Positions 62,724 to 64,000 of a stretch of 64,000 nucleotides of DNA are shown one piece after another. A program made the position numbers and the translations under genes. The stretch is from NCBI GenBank assembly GCA_038321985.1, contig JBBQFN010000022.1:22441-86440 (forward strand). Direction: 5' to 3'. Positions within the stretch are counted from its first letter, which is position 1. Each line of letters starts with the position of its first letter. Source of the stretch: Cyanophyceae cyanobacterium (GTDB lineage: Bacteria > Cyanobacteriota > Cyanobacteriia > Cyanobacteriales > Laspinemataceae). A model generated the notes under the pieces. The model saw nothing but the letters and a program-made list of their open reading frames with translations. It did not search any database and was not told the origin of the DNA.

Positions 62724-63659
62724 TCAGGAAAGCACAGAGAGAGAATCTACTTCGGGATATTTCAGAAACCCTTGGATTCGCGTCCATACCCGTTCTACTA
62801 AATCGGGATGATCGACGGCGAACCATTCTATACTGCGATCGCCTCGGAACCAAGTCCGCTGCCGCTTGGCAAATTGCCGAGTATGTAATACCGTCAATTC
62901 CTGTGCTTCTTCTAAAGAAACTTTTCCGGCTAAATATTGTTTAATTTCCGCATATCCTAGGGTGTGAAATAAGGGTAAATTCTTTCCATATTTTTGACCT
63001 AACGACTCCACTTCCGCCACAAACCCCGCCGCAAACATTTCCTGAGTACGAATCAAAATTCTCCGATCGCATTCTTGCACCTCCGTACAGTCTAAACCAA
63101 TCTGTAAAATCGGATAACTGGGGGGATTTTCTCCTTGTTGTTGAGAAATTGGGCAGCCCGTAACGTAGAATACTTCCAATGCGCGTAACGTTCTGACCGT
63201 ATCATTGGCATGAATCCGCATTGTTACTTCAGGATCCACCTGTTGCAGCATGGCGTAACATTGACCTTGACCCAAAGCAGCCAACTGCGATCGCAACTCC
63301 GGATTAGGTGCCACTCGGGGAATTTTCAATCCCCTAACCACCGCCTTCAGATATAAACCCGTCCCTCCCACCAACAAAGGTGTCTGATTACTCCCCTGAA
63401 CCTGGGCGATCGCCTGATTCGCGTGTTCTTGGTAATCTGCCACCGTCAAAGTATCCCTCGGATCACACAAATCTAGGAGATAATGAGGGACCAACAGGCG
63501 ATCGGCCACCGTCGGTTTAGCTGTCCCAATATCGAACTCGCGGTACACCTGACGGGAATCAGCACTCAAAATTGGTGCACCCAGACGCTGTGCTAAAGCC
63601 AAAGCCAGACCTGATTTCCCCGTAGCCGTCGCCCCACAAATCACAATTAATCCAGGCAT
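62724..63659 (-). CDS. miaA: tRNA dimethylallyltransferase
   Basis: GATATGKS, SADSRQVY..DIGTAKP, VGGTGLY, FAKRQRTWF. Confidence 0.96.
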   Translation of the reverse strand: MPGLIVICGATATGKSGLALALAQRLGAPILSADSRQVYREFDIGTAKPTVADRLLVPHYLLDLCDPRDTLTVADYQEHANQAIAQVQGSNQTPLLVGGTGLYLKAVVRGLKIPRVAPNPELRSQLAALGQGQCYAMLQQVDPEVTMRIHANDTVRTLRALEVFYVTGCPISQQQGENPPSYPILQIGLDCTEVQECDRRILIRTQEMFAAGFVAEVESLGQKYGKNLPLFHTLGYAEIKQYLAGKVSLEEAQELTVLHTRQFAKRQRTWFRGDRSIEWFAVDHPDLVERVWTRIQGFLKYPEVDSLSVLS

Positions 63660-63850
63660 GATCGTTATTTGTCCCTAATCATTTGTCCTTGGTCATCCTC
63701 CCCATCCTCCCCATCTTCCCCAATCACACCCTGCATCCCCCCAAAAAATTTCTCTTCTAATTGGGCTATCATCGCTGACAACCGTTTAGTGTTATAATTT
63801 TGATAGTTTTTGGTATTCTGACACTTTGTGGGCTGCAAAAGCCCGATTAA

Positions 63851-64000
<150 letters not shown>

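Overview
Chromosomal window from a filamentous cyanobacterium (dense HIP1 GCGATCGC sites, rbcL-rbcX-rbcS, ndhB, an hli gene; repeat style resembles Oscillatoriales). It is mostly housekeeping genes: ald, topA, ndhB, cbiG-cobJ, glgP, avtA, rbcLXS, panB, pyrC, lpdA, trpC, mtnP, glcD, miaA and the start of gyrB. The most striking feature is a HIP1-free accessory island at about 38.4-44.2 kb. It holds an integron-type gene-cassette array with two recognisable attC sites and no integrase in the window (CALIN-like), plus an inactivated IS630, toxin-antitoxin pairs and repeated gene tails resembling NACHT C-termini. Other notable items: a defective IS4-type element with a 10-bp target duplication carrying a cupin gene, two Rpn genes with perfect internal ribosome-binding sites (probable intragenic antitoxins), an uncharacterised DUF4331-TPR-Ni/Co transporter cluster, a structured 5' leader ahead of a class V aminotransferase, and several MITEs. 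No rRNA, tRNA or CRISPR array was seen. All family assignments come from motif recognition by eye, not database searches.
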